Below are positions 29,583 to 40,186 of a stretch of DNA of 64,000 bases, piece after piece. Position 1 is the stretch's first letter. Each line of letters begins with the position of its first letter. Made by a program: the position numbers and the translations under genes. The notes beneath the pieces were generated by a model, which did not search any database, was not told where the DNA came from, and worked only from the letters and a program-made list of their open reading frames with translations. Origin of the DNA: Hyphomicrobiales bacterium (GTDB lineage Bacteria > Pseudomonadota > Alphaproteobacteria > Rhizobiales > Beijerinckiaceae); contig JAIXZO010000014.1 in the NCBI GenBank assembly GCA_027489535.1, positions 2,060 through 66,059 of the forward strand. The letters run 5' to 3'.

Positions 29583-29972
29583 TCAATGGGCGGGGGCTGG
29601 GCTCGATCCGGGCGGGGTGGCGGCGGAGAGGGTGACCGATTCGCCGCAGCCGCAGGCGGCGGTCTGGTTCGGGTTGTTGAACACGAATTGCGACGCGAAG
29701 GTCGTGGTCTTGAAGTCCATCTCGGTGCCGAGCAGGAACAAGACGGCCTTGGGGTCGACCAGAACCCGCACGCCCTTTTCCTCGACGACTTCGTCGCCCG
29801 GGCGCACGTCCTCGGCGGTCTCCACCGTGTAGGACATGCCGGCACAGCCGCCGTTTCGCACGCCCACGCGGATGCCCATCACCGGCTTGTCGCTCGCCTC
29901 GACGATCTGCCGCACGCGCTCGGCGGCGGCGTCGCTCAGCGACATGACCTTCAGTCCCGACAAAAAGTTCAT
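29583..29972 (-). CDS. sufA: iron-sulfur cluster carrier, HesB/IscA/SufA family
   Basis: GVRNGGCAGMSY ... CGCGES signature. Start MNFLSG (29972) has a GGGGAT SD. It is the last gene of the suf cluster. Confidence 0.85.
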   Translation of the reverse strand: MNFLSGLKVMSLSDAAAERVRQIVEASDKPVMGIRVGVRNGGCAGMSYTVETAEDVRPGDEVVEEKGVRVLVDPKAVLFLLGTEMDFKTTTFASQFVFNNPNQTAACGCGESVTLSAATPPGSSPAPAH

Positions 29973-30092
29973 TTCAGATCCCCGCTTCCCGCCCGGGTTC
30001 AAGATCCGGGGTGAAACATGCATTCAATGTAACATCGACGCCGAGGATTGAAAGATCGTGCACGCGATGCCGCCATGCGGCATCGGGGCCGC

Positions 30093-30476
30093 TCACCACA
30101 TGTCGAGCGCGACCCTCGCCTCGTCGGACATCCGGCTTTGGTCCCACGGGGGGTCGAAGACCATGTTGACCTTGACGGCCTGCACGCCCTGGACGAGCGA
30201 CACCGCGTCCTCGACCCAGCCCGGCATTTCGCCGGCCACGGGGCAACCCGGCGCGGTCAGCGTCATGTCGATCTTCACCGTCCGGTCGGGATCGATGTCG
30301 ACGCGGTAGATGAGGCCGAGCTCGTAGATGTCCGAGGGGATCTCGGGGTCGTAGACCGTCTTCAGCGCCGCGACGATGTCGTCGGTGAGCCGGTCGATCT
30401 CCTCGGGCGGGATCGTGGACGGAACTTCCAGGTCGGGCTGGTTCGGCGCGACCGGATCGGGAGCAGCTTCAGTCAT
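30093..30476 (-). CDS. SUF-system Fe-S assembly protein, DUF59 (SufT-like)
   Basis: VYDPEIPSDIYELGLIY ... MTLTAPGCP. Start MTEAAPD (30476) lies 10 nt after the sufS stop. Confidence 0.85.
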   Translation of the reverse strand: MTEAAPDPVAPNQPDLEVPSTIPPEEIDRLTDDIVAALKTVYDPEIPSDIYELGLIYRVDIDPDRTVKIDMTLTAPGCPVAGEMPGWVEDAVSLVQGVQAVKVNMVFDPPWDQSRMSDEARVALDMW

Positions 30477-30486
30477 CGAACCGACC

Positions 30487-31719
30487 TCACGTGAACAGGC
30501 TTTCGGCCTTTTGCAGCGCATCGGCCAACCGGTCGACCTCTTCCGGCGTGTTGTAGAACGCGAACGAGGCCCGGCAGGTCGACGTCACTCCATATCGGGC
30601 CAGAAGCGGCTGGGTGCAATGGGTACCTGCACGCACCGCGACGCCGGCACGGTCGATCACGGTCGCGACGTCATGGGCATGCGCGCCCTTCATCTCGAAC
30701 GAGACGATCGCGCCCTTCTCCTTGGCGCGGCCGAAGATGCGCAGCGAGTTCATCGCGCCGAGCCGCTCCATGGCGTAATCGCGCAGCATGTTCTCCTGCG
30801 CGAGAATGTTCTCCCGGCCGACCTGCATCATGTAATCCACCGCCGCGCCGAGGCCGATGGCCTGCACGATGGGCGGCGTGCCCGCCTCGAAGCGGTGGGG
30901 CGGCTCGTTGTAGGTGACGCCGGTCTCGGTGACGACCGAGATCATCTCGCCGCCGCCGTTGAAGGGCGGCAGCGCCGCGAGCAGGTCGCGCTTGCCGTAG
31001 AGCACGCCGATGCCCGTGGGCCCATAGACCTTGTGTCCGGTGAACACGTAGAAATCGGCGTCGAGGTCGCGCACGTCCACGGGCAGATGCACCGCGCCTT
31101 GGCTGCCGTCGACCATCACGGGAATGCCGCGCGCATGCGCGAGCCGGATGATCTCCTTGATGGGCGTGATCGTGCCCAACATGTTCGACATATGCGTGAT
31201 CGCGACGATCTTCGTCCGGTCGGTCAGCAGCTTCTCGAATTCCTCGAGAAGGAAGTTGCCGTCCTCGTCCACCGGCGACCACTTGATCACGGCGCCGTTT
31301 TGCTCGCGGTGATAGTGCCAAGGCACGATATTGGAATGGTGCTCCATGATCGAGAGCACGATCTCGTCGCCCGGGCCGATATGCGCGCGGCCGAAGCTCG
31401 ACGCCACGAGGTTGATGGCCTCGGTGGCCGAACGCGTGAAGATGATCTCGTCGGTGGAGCCGGCGTTGAGGAACGCCCTCACCTTTTCGCGCGCGCCCTC
31501 GAAGGCGTCGGTTGCGGCGTTGGCGAGGTAATGCAGCCCGCGATGCACGTTGGCATATTCATGCTCGTAGGCGTGCACCATCCGGTCGATCACCGCGCGC
31601 GGCTTCTGCGCGGAGGCGGCGTTGTCGAGATAGACGAGCGGTTTGCCGTAGACGGTCTTCGACAGGATCGGGAAATCGGCGCGGATCGCGGCGACGTCGA
31701 AGGGGGGCGTTGCGGTCAT
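30487..31719 (-). CDS. sufS: cysteine desulfurase SufS (class II)
   Basis: FPILSKTVYGKPLVYLDNAASAQKP, TGHKVYGPTGIG (PLP Lys), RAGTHC (catalytic Cys). Confidence 0.94.
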   Translation of the reverse strand: MTATPPFDVAAIRADFPILSKTVYGKPLVYLDNAASAQKPRAVIDRMVHAYEHEYANVHRGLHYLANAATDAFEGAREKVRAFLNAGSTDEIIFTRSATEAINLVASSFGRAHIGPGDEIVLSIMEHHSNIVPWHYHREQNGAVIKWSPVDEDGNFLLEEFEKLLTDRTKIVAITHMSNMLGTITPIKEIIRLAHARGIPVMVDGSQGAVHLPVDVRDLDADFYVFTGHKVYGPTGIGVLYGKRDLLAALPPFNGGGEMISVVTETGVTYNEPPHRFEAGTPPIVQAIGLGAAVDYMMQVGRENILAQENMLRDYAMERLGAMNSLRIFGRAKEKGAIVSFEMKGAHAHDVATVIDRAGVAVRAGTHCTQPLLARYGVTSTCRASFAFYNTPEEVDRLADALQKAESLFT

Positions 31720-31834
31720 CGTGGTTCCTCCGGCCTTCGTCCCTCGCGGGAGAAGCCGACGCCGGGGAGCGCATGCGCCCTCGCCCCCGCGGGTCGTGGG
31801 GAGAACGCGGGGTATGCCGCGTTCCCGTTCGGCG

Positions 31835-33163
31835 TCAGGCGCGGGCCTTCAGCCAAGCGTCGACCATGCCTTCGAGCGTCTCGCGGACGCCGTCATGCGC
31901 GATGGCCTCCAAGGCTTCGCCGACGAAGGCCGCGAGCATCAAGGCTTCCGCCTCGGGCTTAGGCAGGCCGCGGGCACGCAGATAGAACAGCAGATCCTCG
32001 TCGAGCGCGCCGACGGTGGCGCCGTGGCCGCAGACCACGTCGTCGGCATAGATCTCGAGCTCGGGCTTGTTGTTCATCACGGCGTCGTCGTCGAGCAGCA
32101 CCGCGCGGCTCATCATCTTGCCGTCGGTCTTCTGCGCGTCCGGCCGCACCAGGATCATGCCCTGGAACACGCCGGTCGCCTCGCCGTCGAGCACATGCGC
32201 GAAGGTCTCGCGGCTCGTGCAATGCGGCACGGCGTGGTCGACGAACAGCGTCGAATCCGCGTGACGGCGGCCCTTCAGCATCGCCGCGCCGGAAATGTTG
32301 CCGGTCGAATGCTCGCCTGCGAAGCGGAAAAACACCTGATGGCGGGCCGCCGCCGGGTTGACGACGAAGTTGAACGTGTTGGCCGAAGCATGCGCGCCGA
32401 GAACGACGCCGAGCGAGGACACGTCCACCGTGGCCGCGCCCGCCGCGTTGACGCGCACATGGTTCAACGAAGAGCGGTCGCCCGCGAAGATCTCGACGAC
32501 GGTGTTGGTCTGATGCGCCGGCCCGTCGGCACCGAGATGCGTCTCGATGACGGTAAGGGATGCGTCGGCGCCGACCTGCAGAAGCGCGCGGGGATACGTC
32601 GCGGCCCCGACATCGCCCACGGTGACGAAGCGGAGCGCCAGGGGCGAGACCACCGTCACGGCGTCCGCGACGGTGACGATGACGCCGCCCGTCATGAAGG
32701 CCGCGTTGAGCGCAAGCGCCGCATCGTCGGCGGACGCTGCGCGGCCCATGCGCTCGCCGACGAGCGGATGACCGGAGCCGAGCGCCTCGCCGAGATCCGC
32801 CACGCTCACGCCCGGGGGCAATGCCGCGAGGTCGGAGAGTTCAGGCGTGAAACGGCCGTTGACCACCGTCAGAGCGACGCCGTCAAAGGCCGGCGCCGCT
32901 GCGAGAAGCGCCTCGGCAGCAGCGATGTCGGCGGCGGCGGGCGCGGCCGCGAGCGGCGCGGCCTCCCGCATCATCGCGCGCAGATCGGTGTATTTCCACT
33001 TCTCGACGCGGCGATGCGGCAAACCGGTCTCGACGAAGCTGCCGAAAGCCTGCTCGCGCAGCGCGGCGACGGCGGGCGTGCCGGGTAGAGACGCCTTCGC
33101 CTGCGGGAAGCGCGAGAGGATCGCGCTTTCGGCGGCGGTGCGGATGGGGGTGACGTCGGTCAT
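31835..33163 (-). CDS. sufD: Fe-S cluster assembly protein SufD
   Basis: Lies between sufC and sufS and has a SufD C-terminal beta-helix pattern. Start MTDVTPIR (33163) has a GAGGA SD and sits 7 nt after the sufC stop. Confidence 0.88.
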   Translation of the reverse strand: MTDVTPIRTAAESAILSRFPQAKASLPGTPAVAALREQAFGSFVETGLPHRRVEKWKYTDLRAMMREAAPLAAAPAAADIAAAEALLAAAPAFDGVALTVVNGRFTPELSDLAALPPGVSVADLGEALGSGHPLVGERMGRAASADDAALALNAAFMTGGVIVTVADAVTVVSPLALRFVTVGDVGAATYPRALLQVGADASLTVIETHLGADGPAHQTNTVVEIFAGDRSSLNHVRVNAAGAATVDVSSLGVVLGAHASANTFNFVVNPAAARHQVFFRFAGEHSTGNISGAAMLKGRRHADSTLFVDHAVPHCTSRETFAHVLDGEATGVFQGMILVRPDAQKTDGKMMSRAVLLDDDAVMNNKPELEIYADDVVCGHGATVGALDEDLLFYLRARGLPKPEAEALMLAAFVGEALEAIAHDGVRETLEGMVDAWLKARA

Positions 33164-33170
33164 TTGATCC

Positions 33171-33920
33171 TCAAGCCGCCAGCGTCTTGTAATCGGCATA
33201 GCCGTTGGCTTCGAGTTCGAGCGCCAGCTCCTTGCCGCCGGACTTCACGACCTTGCCGTGCGCCATCACATGCACCGAGTCCGGCACGATGTAGTTCAGC
33301 AGACGCTGATAATGGGTGATGACGAGGAACGAGCGCTTGCCGTCGCGCAGCGCGTTGACGCCGTCCGACACCACCTTGAGCGCGTCGATGTCGAGGCCGG
33401 AATCGGTCTCGTCGAGAATGCAGAAGCGCGGCTCGAGCAACGCCATCTGCAGGATTTCCATGCGCTTCTTCTCGCCGCCGGAAAAGCCGACATTGAGGCC
33501 GCGCTTGAGCATGTCCTGCGGGATGCCGAGCTTGTCGGCGGCGCCGCGCACGCGCTTGAGGAACTCGCCGACGGCCAGCTCCTCTTCGCCGCGCGCCTTG
33601 CGCTGCGCGCCCATCGCCGCCTTCAGGAAGCTCATGGTGGCGACGCCGGGGATCTCCAGCGGGTACTGGAAGGCGAGGAACAGTCCGGCCGCCGCGCGCG
33701 CGTCGGGGTCCATCTCCAGCACGTTCTCGCCGTCGAGCAGGATCTCGCCGTCAAGGACCTCATAGTCTTCCTTGCCGGCGATCACGTAGCTGAGCGTCGA
33801 CTTGCCGGAGCCGTTCGGCCCCATGATGGCGGCGACTTCGCCGTCGTTCACCGTCAGCGTGAGGCCGTCGAGGATCTTCTTGTCCTCGATCTTGACGTGG
33901 AGATTGCGGATTTCGAGCAT
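33171..33920 (-). CDS. sufC: Fe-S cluster assembly ATPase SufC
   Basis: Starts MLEIRNLHV and carries Walker [10 protein letters not shown], signature FSGGEKKR and Walker [11 protein letters not shown]. Confidence 0.96.
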   Translation of the reverse strand: MLEIRNLHVKIEDKKILDGLTLTVNDGEVAAIMGPNGSGKSTLSYVIAGKEDYEVLDGEILLDGENVLEMDPDARAAAGLFLAFQYPLEIPGVATMSFLKAAMGAQRKARGEEELAVGEFLKRVRGAADKLGIPQDMLKRGLNVGFSGGEKKRMEILQMALLEPRFCILDETDSGLDIDALKVVSDGVNALRDGKRSFLVITHYQRLLNYIVPDSVHVMAHGKVVKSGGKELALELEANGYADYKTLAA

Positions 33921-34037
33921 GAGCCTGTGTCCTGTCGTATGCGGTCGCGGCGGTCGGGATGTCCCGGGTCTCGGCCGTCTCCGCGCATGGCGTGAACGCG
34001 CATGCCCGGCATCCGCCGAGCACGCGGGATGAATGAA

Positions 34038-35507
<1,470 letters not shown>

Positions 35508-35552
35508 ATCGGTATCTCCGTCCTCTCCGGCTTCAAGGGCCGGGGGTCATCT

Positions 35553-36737
35553 TCAGGCGGCGCGCACGCCGCGACCGTAGTCGCGGCGGCCCGTCATGTG
35601 TTCGAATGCGCCGAGGAAACGGATCACGTCTCCCGGCACGGAAGTCGAGCCGAAGCTCGCGCGAAGTGCGCCGGATGCAAGACCGGCATCGATGCCCATG
35701 GCGTGAAGCACATGGGACCGCTTGACCTTGCCCGACGAGCAGGCGGACCCCGACGACAGCGCCACGCCCGCAAGATCGAATTTCATCAGCGCCGTCTCGG
35801 CGCTCACGCCCGGTACGGCGAAGGCGACGGTATTCGGCAACCGCTCCGCACCGTCTCCGAAGATCACCGCGTCGGGCGCGAGGCGGCGGATACCCGCCTC
35901 GGCCTCGTCGCGCAAGCGGCGCAAGTGAGGCGCGTCGAAACCGTTCTCGACGATGTCACGCGCCGCGGCGCCGAATCCGGCGATGCCTGCGACGTTTTCG
36001 GTGCCGGCGCGCGCGCCCTTTTCCTGACCGCCGCCGCGCAGCATGCGCTCGCGGATCTCGATGCCGCCCGCGCGCAGAACCAATGCGCCGACGCCCTGCG
36101 GACCCCCGAGCTTGTGGGCGGACAGCGCCAGCATGTCCGCGCCGGCCGTCACGGCGTCCACCGCAGCGCGGCCGGGAATCTGGACCGCGTCGCAATGGAG
36201 CAGCCCGCCGACGGCGTGTACCCGCATCGCGATCTCGGCGACGGGCTGGATCACGCCGGTCTCGTTGTTGGCGGCCTGAACGGCCGCAAGCACGCGCTCG
36301 CCCTTGTCCCGGGCGGCCTCCAAAGCGGCATCCAAAGCCGCGAAATCGACGACCCCGCGCCCGTCCACGCCGATCACGGTAACCGCGGAGGCCGGAAAAC
36401 GATGACCTTCCAGCACGCAGGGGTGCTCGGTGGCGAGCACGAGCAGTCGCGTGAAGCCGCTTGCCGCGTGACCGGAAGCGAAGAGACCCGGCGTCAGCGC
36501 CAGCGCATTGGCTTCCGTCGCGCCCGACGTGAAGATCACGTCGCGGGCCGATGCGCCGCAAAGCGCCGCGACCGCATCGCGCGCCATCTCGACCGCGCCG
36601 CGCGCCTTGCGGCCTTCCGCATGCACGGAGGACGCGTTTCCGACCAGATTCATGACGCGGAGCATCGCTTCGCGCGCCGCAGGACGGAGCGGCGCGGTGG
36701 CGTTGTGGTCCAGATAAGAGCGCGTGCTCGTCATCAT
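35553..36737 (-). CDS. cysteine desulfurase, class I (NifS/IscS-like), first gene of the suf cluster
   Basis: YLDHNATAP, SAHKLGGPQG (PLP Lys), SSGSACSSG (catalytic Cys loop). Start MMTSTRS (36737) was chosen within track ORF 35553..36785. Confidence 0.9.
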   Translation of the reverse strand: MMTSTRSYLDHNATAPLRPAAREAMLRVMNLVGNASSVHAEGRKARGAVEMARDAVAALCGASARDVIFTSGATEANALALTPGLFASGHAASGFTRLLVLATEHPCVLEGHRFPASAVTVIGVDGRGVVDFAALDAALEAARDKGERVLAAVQAANNETGVIQPVAEIAMRVHAVGGLLHCDAVQIPGRAAVDAVTAGADMLALSAHKLGGPQGVGALVLRAGGIEIRERMLRGGGQEKGARAGTENVAGIAGFGAAARDIVENGFDAPHLRRLRDEAEAGIRRLAPDAVIFGDGAERLPNTVAFAVPGVSAETALMKFDLAGVALSSGSACSSGKVKRSHVLHAMGIDAGLASGALRASFGSTSVPGDVIRFLGAFEHMTGRRDYGRGVRAA

Positions 36738-36881
36738 CTTCCGGCGTCGTTGCACTTTCGCACGAGACCGGTGCCTCCGAAGCATCGAAATGCTTGCAGT
36801 CGACCCCGGCGATCATGCTAAAAGCGGCGGCCCGCACGGCCGTCGCGCCCGGTTTTCACCGAAGCCTCGGCAGCCGCCAAG

Positions 36882-36902
36882 CTCTTAGAATAATTCTAAG
36901 AG
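36882..36902. promoter_or_regulatory. ICE / Irr-box-like perfect palindrome CTCTTAGAA-TAA-TTCTAAGAG
   Basis: A 21-bp perfect inverted repeat. The core TTAGAA-N3-TTCTAA matches the iron control element TTTAGAA-N3-TTCTAAA bound by Irr in Bradyrhizobium. It lies 145 bp upstream of the suf cluster start and 102 bp upstream of the divergent hydrolase gene. Confidence 0.6.
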
Positions 36903-37003
36903 ATAGTGGTGCCGCATTTGACTCAAGTCAAGGCGCGGGCCGCATCGCCCTTTCTTCCGCACGCCTCATTTCGGGGACATGCGGCAGCGCATCCGGAGTG
37001 CTC

Positions 37004-37669
37004 ATGCCCGAGGTCATCTTCAGCGGTCCCGCCGGCCGCATCGAGGGACGTTACAATCCTTCCAAGACGAAGGGCGCGCCCATCGCGGTGATCCTGCATC
37101 CGCACCCGCAATTCGGCGGGACGATGAACAATCAGATCGTCTACGCGATGTATTACTCCTTCTTGGAGCGCGGCTTTTCGTGCCTGCGCTTCAACTTCCG
37201 CGGCGTCGGCCGCAGCCAAGGCTCGTTCGACCACGGCACGGGCGAATTGTCGGACGCCGCATCGGCGCTCGATTGGGCGCAGTCGATCAATCCCGACGCG
37301 CGCGCCTGCTGGATCGCGGGCATCTCCTTCGGCGCGTGGATCGGCATGCAGTTGCTGATGCGTCGCCCGGAGATCGAAGGCTTCATCTCGGTTGCCGCGC
37401 CCGCCAACCGCTTCGACTTCTCGTTCCTCGCCCCCTGCCCCTCCTCCGGCCTGTTCGTCCACGGCTCGCAGGACCGCGTCGCACCGGCGAAGGACGTGAT
37501 CAGCGTCATCGAGAAGGTGAAGACGCAAAAGGGCATCCAGCTCGAGCATCAGACCGTCGAAGGCGCCAATCACTTCTTCGAGAACAAGACCGAGGAATTG
37601 ATGGAGGTGGTGAACACTTATCTCGACAAGCGCCTCGGTCCGAAGGAAACGGCCCTGATCACCGCTTGA
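37004..37669 (+). CDS. alpha/beta-fold hydrolase (COG2945-like)
   Basis: Starts MPEVIFSGPAGRIEGRY in the frame of track ORF 36794..37669. Contains HPHPQFGGTMNN and nucleophile elbow GISFGA. Confidence 0.8.
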   Translation: MPEVIFSGPAGRIEGRYNPSKTKGAPIAVILHPHPQFGGTMNNQIVYAMYYSFLERGFSCLRFNFRGVGRSQGSFDHGTGELSDAASALDWAQSINPDARACWIAGISFGAWIGMQLLMRRPEIEGFISVAAPANRFDFSFLAPCPSSGLFVHGSQDRVAPAKDVISVIEKVKTQKGIQLEHQTVEGANHFFENKTEELMEVVNTYLDKRLGPKETALITA

Positions 37670-37673
37670 GGCG

Positions 37674-38816
37674 TCACGCGGCGGGGTGCACCGGCACTCC
37701 GCCCGTCATCGGCCGCTGCACGCCCGTCGTGGTCGGAAAACTGATCGGCAGGCCGCGCATGGCGCGGACGGCCAGATAGGCGAAGGCTTCCGCCTCCATC
37801 GCGTCGCCCGACCAGCCGAGATCGTCCGCCCGCCGCACCTCCGCGCCGAGGCGTTCAACCAGCATCCGCATCATCGTCGGATTGCGCGCTCCGCCCCCGC
37901 AGACGATCCAGACTAAAGGCTTCGACGCGAGATGCGGCACCAGCCGCGCGACCGCTGCGGCCGTAATCGCCGTCAGCGTCGCCGCACCGTCCTCGGTCGA
38001 AAGCTCCGCCGCGACGGAACGGTCGAAGGCGTTTCGGTCCAACGACTTGGGCGGCAATTCCTCAAAGAACGGATGAGCGAGGAACCGCGCCAAGGCCCCC
38101 TCGGACACCCGCCCCCCCGCCGCCGTCGCCCCGTCCCGATCCACCGCGACGCCCGTCCGCTCCAGCATGAAGTCGTCGAGCAACGCATTGCCCGGCCCGG
38201 TATCGCAAGCGACGGGATCGCGCCCCGGCGCGACGACGGTGACATTGCCGACGCCGCCGAGATTGAGCACCGCAACCGGCGCGTCGGGCAGACGCCCTGC
38301 GTTGAAGGCGGCCCGTACCAGCGCCTGATGATAGACCGGCACGAGGGGAGCGCCCTGCCCGCCCGCCGCCACGTCCGCCGCCCGCATGTCGAACACCACC
38401 GGCAGGCCGAGCGCCCGCGCGAGCGCCGTTCCGTCGCCGATCTGTACCGTCAGGCGCTCCGCGGGGCGGTGGAGCACGGTCTGCCCGTGAAAGCCGACCG
38501 CCGCGACGCGCGCGCGGTCGACCGCATGCGCCGAGAGGAAGCTCTCGACGGCTTCGGCATGGGCCCGTGTGATCATCTCTTCCGCGTCCGCCAGCACGCC
38601 CGGTCTGGCATTGCGGTCGCGCAGCGCAGCGGCATCGGCCAAGGCCCGCCGCAGCAAGGCGCGTTCGGCGTCCGTATAGGGCCTGAAGCCGGAGGGGCCG
38701 CGTTCGACTGCGGCTTCGCCGTCCGTCGTGACGGCGGCGACGTCGACGCCGTCCATCGACGTGCCGGACATGAGGCCGAGCGCGAGAGCCGGGAGAAAGA
38801 TCGAATCCGTGGTCAT
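37674..38816 (-). CDS. anmK: anhydro-N-acetylmuramic acid kinase
   Basis: [16 protein letters not shown]-terminal signature and NLGGVGN. Start MTTDS (38816) was chosen within track ORF 37674..38909. Confidence 0.9.
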   Translation of the reverse strand: MTTDSIFLPALALGLMSGTSMDGVDVAAVTTDGEAAVERGPSGFRPYTDAERALLRRALADAAALRDRNARPGVLADAEEMITRAHAEAVESFLSAHAVDRARVAAVGFHGQTVLHRPAERLTVQIGDGTALARALGLPVVFDMRAADVAAGGQGAPLVPVYHQALVRAAFNAGRLPDAPVAVLNLGGVGNVTVVAPGRDPVACDTGPGNALLDDFMLERTGVAVDRDGATAAGGRVSEGALARFLAHPFFEELPPKSLDRNAFDRSVAAELSTEDGAATLTAITAAAVARLVPHLASKPLVWIVCGGGARNPTMMRMLVERLGAEVRRADDLGWSGDAMEAEAFAYLAVRAMRGLPISFPTTTGVQRPMTGGVPVHPAA

Positions 38817-38920
38817 GCGGCACAGGATACACGATGCGGCCCAGGCCTGCCGAAGCCGTGCGCCGGCGTTGCGCTCCCCCGGCTTTGCCCCTAAACCTCG
38901 CGCCCGCAAGGGGTGTCAGC

Positions 38921-40183
38921 ATGTCCACGTCGTTCAAGCCGCAATCCGATTTCCTCCGCGTCCTCGTCGAGCGCGGCTACATCCATCAATGCTCGGATTT
39001 CGAGGGCTTGGATGCCAAGGCCAAGGCGGGGGAAGCGACGGCCTATATCGGCTTCGACGCGACCGCCCCCTCGCTTCACGTCGGCTCGCTCGTGCAGATC
39101 ATGATGCTGCGCTGGATGCAGAAGACCGGCAACAAGCCGATGCCGTTGATGGGCGGCGGCACGACGATGGTCGGCGATCCTTCGGGCCGCGACGAGTCGC
39201 GCAAGATCCTCACGATGGACGACATCGAGAACAACAAGGCGGGGATCAAGCGCGTCTTCGCGAAGTTCCTCACCTTCGGCGACGGCCGCACCGACGCACA
39301 TATGGTCGACAATGCGGAGTGGCTGACCAAGCTCAATTACATCGAATTCCTGCGCGACGTCGGCCGCCACTTCTCGGTCAACCGCATGCTGTCGATGGAT
39401 TCCGTGCGCATGCGCATCGAGCGCGAGCAGGAATTGTCGTTCCTCGAATTCAACTACATGTGCCTGCAATCCTACGACTTCGTCGAACTGCACCGCCGCT
39501 ACGGCGTGGTGCTGCAGATGGGCGGGTCGGACCAGTGGGGCAACATCGTCTCGGGCATCGATCTCGGCCGCCGCATGGGCACCAGCCAGCTTTACGCCCT
39601 CACCTCGCCGCTTCTGACCACCGCGTCGGGCGCGAAGATGGGCAAGACGGCCGCGGGCGCGATCTGGCTCAACCCGGACATGCTCAGCCCCTACGACTAC
39701 TGGCAGTTCTGGCGCAATACCGAGGACCGCGACGTCGGCCGCTTCCTCAAGCTGTTCACCGAACTCCCGATGGACGAGATCGCGCGGCTCGAAGCCCTCG
39801 GCGGCTCCGAGATCAACGAAGCGAAGAAGATCCTCGCCACCGAGGCCGCCGCCATGGTCCACGGCCGCGACGAGGCGGAACGCGCGGCCGAGACGGCCCG
39901 CCAAACGTTCGAGCAAGGCATGGCGGCGGAGACGCTTCCGAGCATCGACGTGCCCCGCGCAGAGTTGGAAGCGGGACTTGGCGTGCTCAACGTCTTCGTC
40001 ACGGCCGGTCTGGTCGCCTCGAACGGAGAGGCGCGGCGTCAGGTGAAGGGCGGCGGACTGCGCGTCAACGATGCTCCGGTCACCGACGAGAAGGCGCTGA
40101 TCACCGCCTCCGACCTCAATGCCGACGGCGCGGTGAAGCTTTCGCTCGGCAAGAAGCGCCACATTCTTCTGCGGCCGCGCTGA
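38921..40183 (+). CDS. tyrS: tyrosine--tRNA ligase
   Basis: Starts [24 protein letters not shown]. It has a HIGH-type motif (SLHVGSL), a KMSKS-type motif (KMGKT) and a C-terminal S4-like domain. Confidence 0.95.
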   Translation: MSTSFKPQSDFLRVLVERGYIHQCSDFEGLDAKAKAGEATAYIGFDATAPSLHVGSLVQIMMLRWMQKTGNKPMPLMGGGTTMVGDPSGRDESRKILTMDDIENNKAGIKRVFAKFLTFGDGRTDAHMVDNAEWLTKLNYIEFLRDVGRHFSVNRMLSMDSVRMRIEREQELSFLEFNYMCLQSYDFVELHRRYGVVLQMGGSDQWGNIVSGIDLGRRMGTSQLYALTSPLLTTASGAKMGKTAAGAIWLNPDMLSPYDYWQFWRNTEDRDVGRFLKLFTELPMDEIARLEALGGSEINEAKKILATEAAAMVHGRDEAERAAETARQTFEQGMAAETLPSIDVPRAELEAGLGVLNVFVTAGLVASNGEARRQVKGGGLRVNDAPVTDEKALITASDLNADGAVKLSLGKKRHILLRPR

Positions 40184-40186
40184 TCC

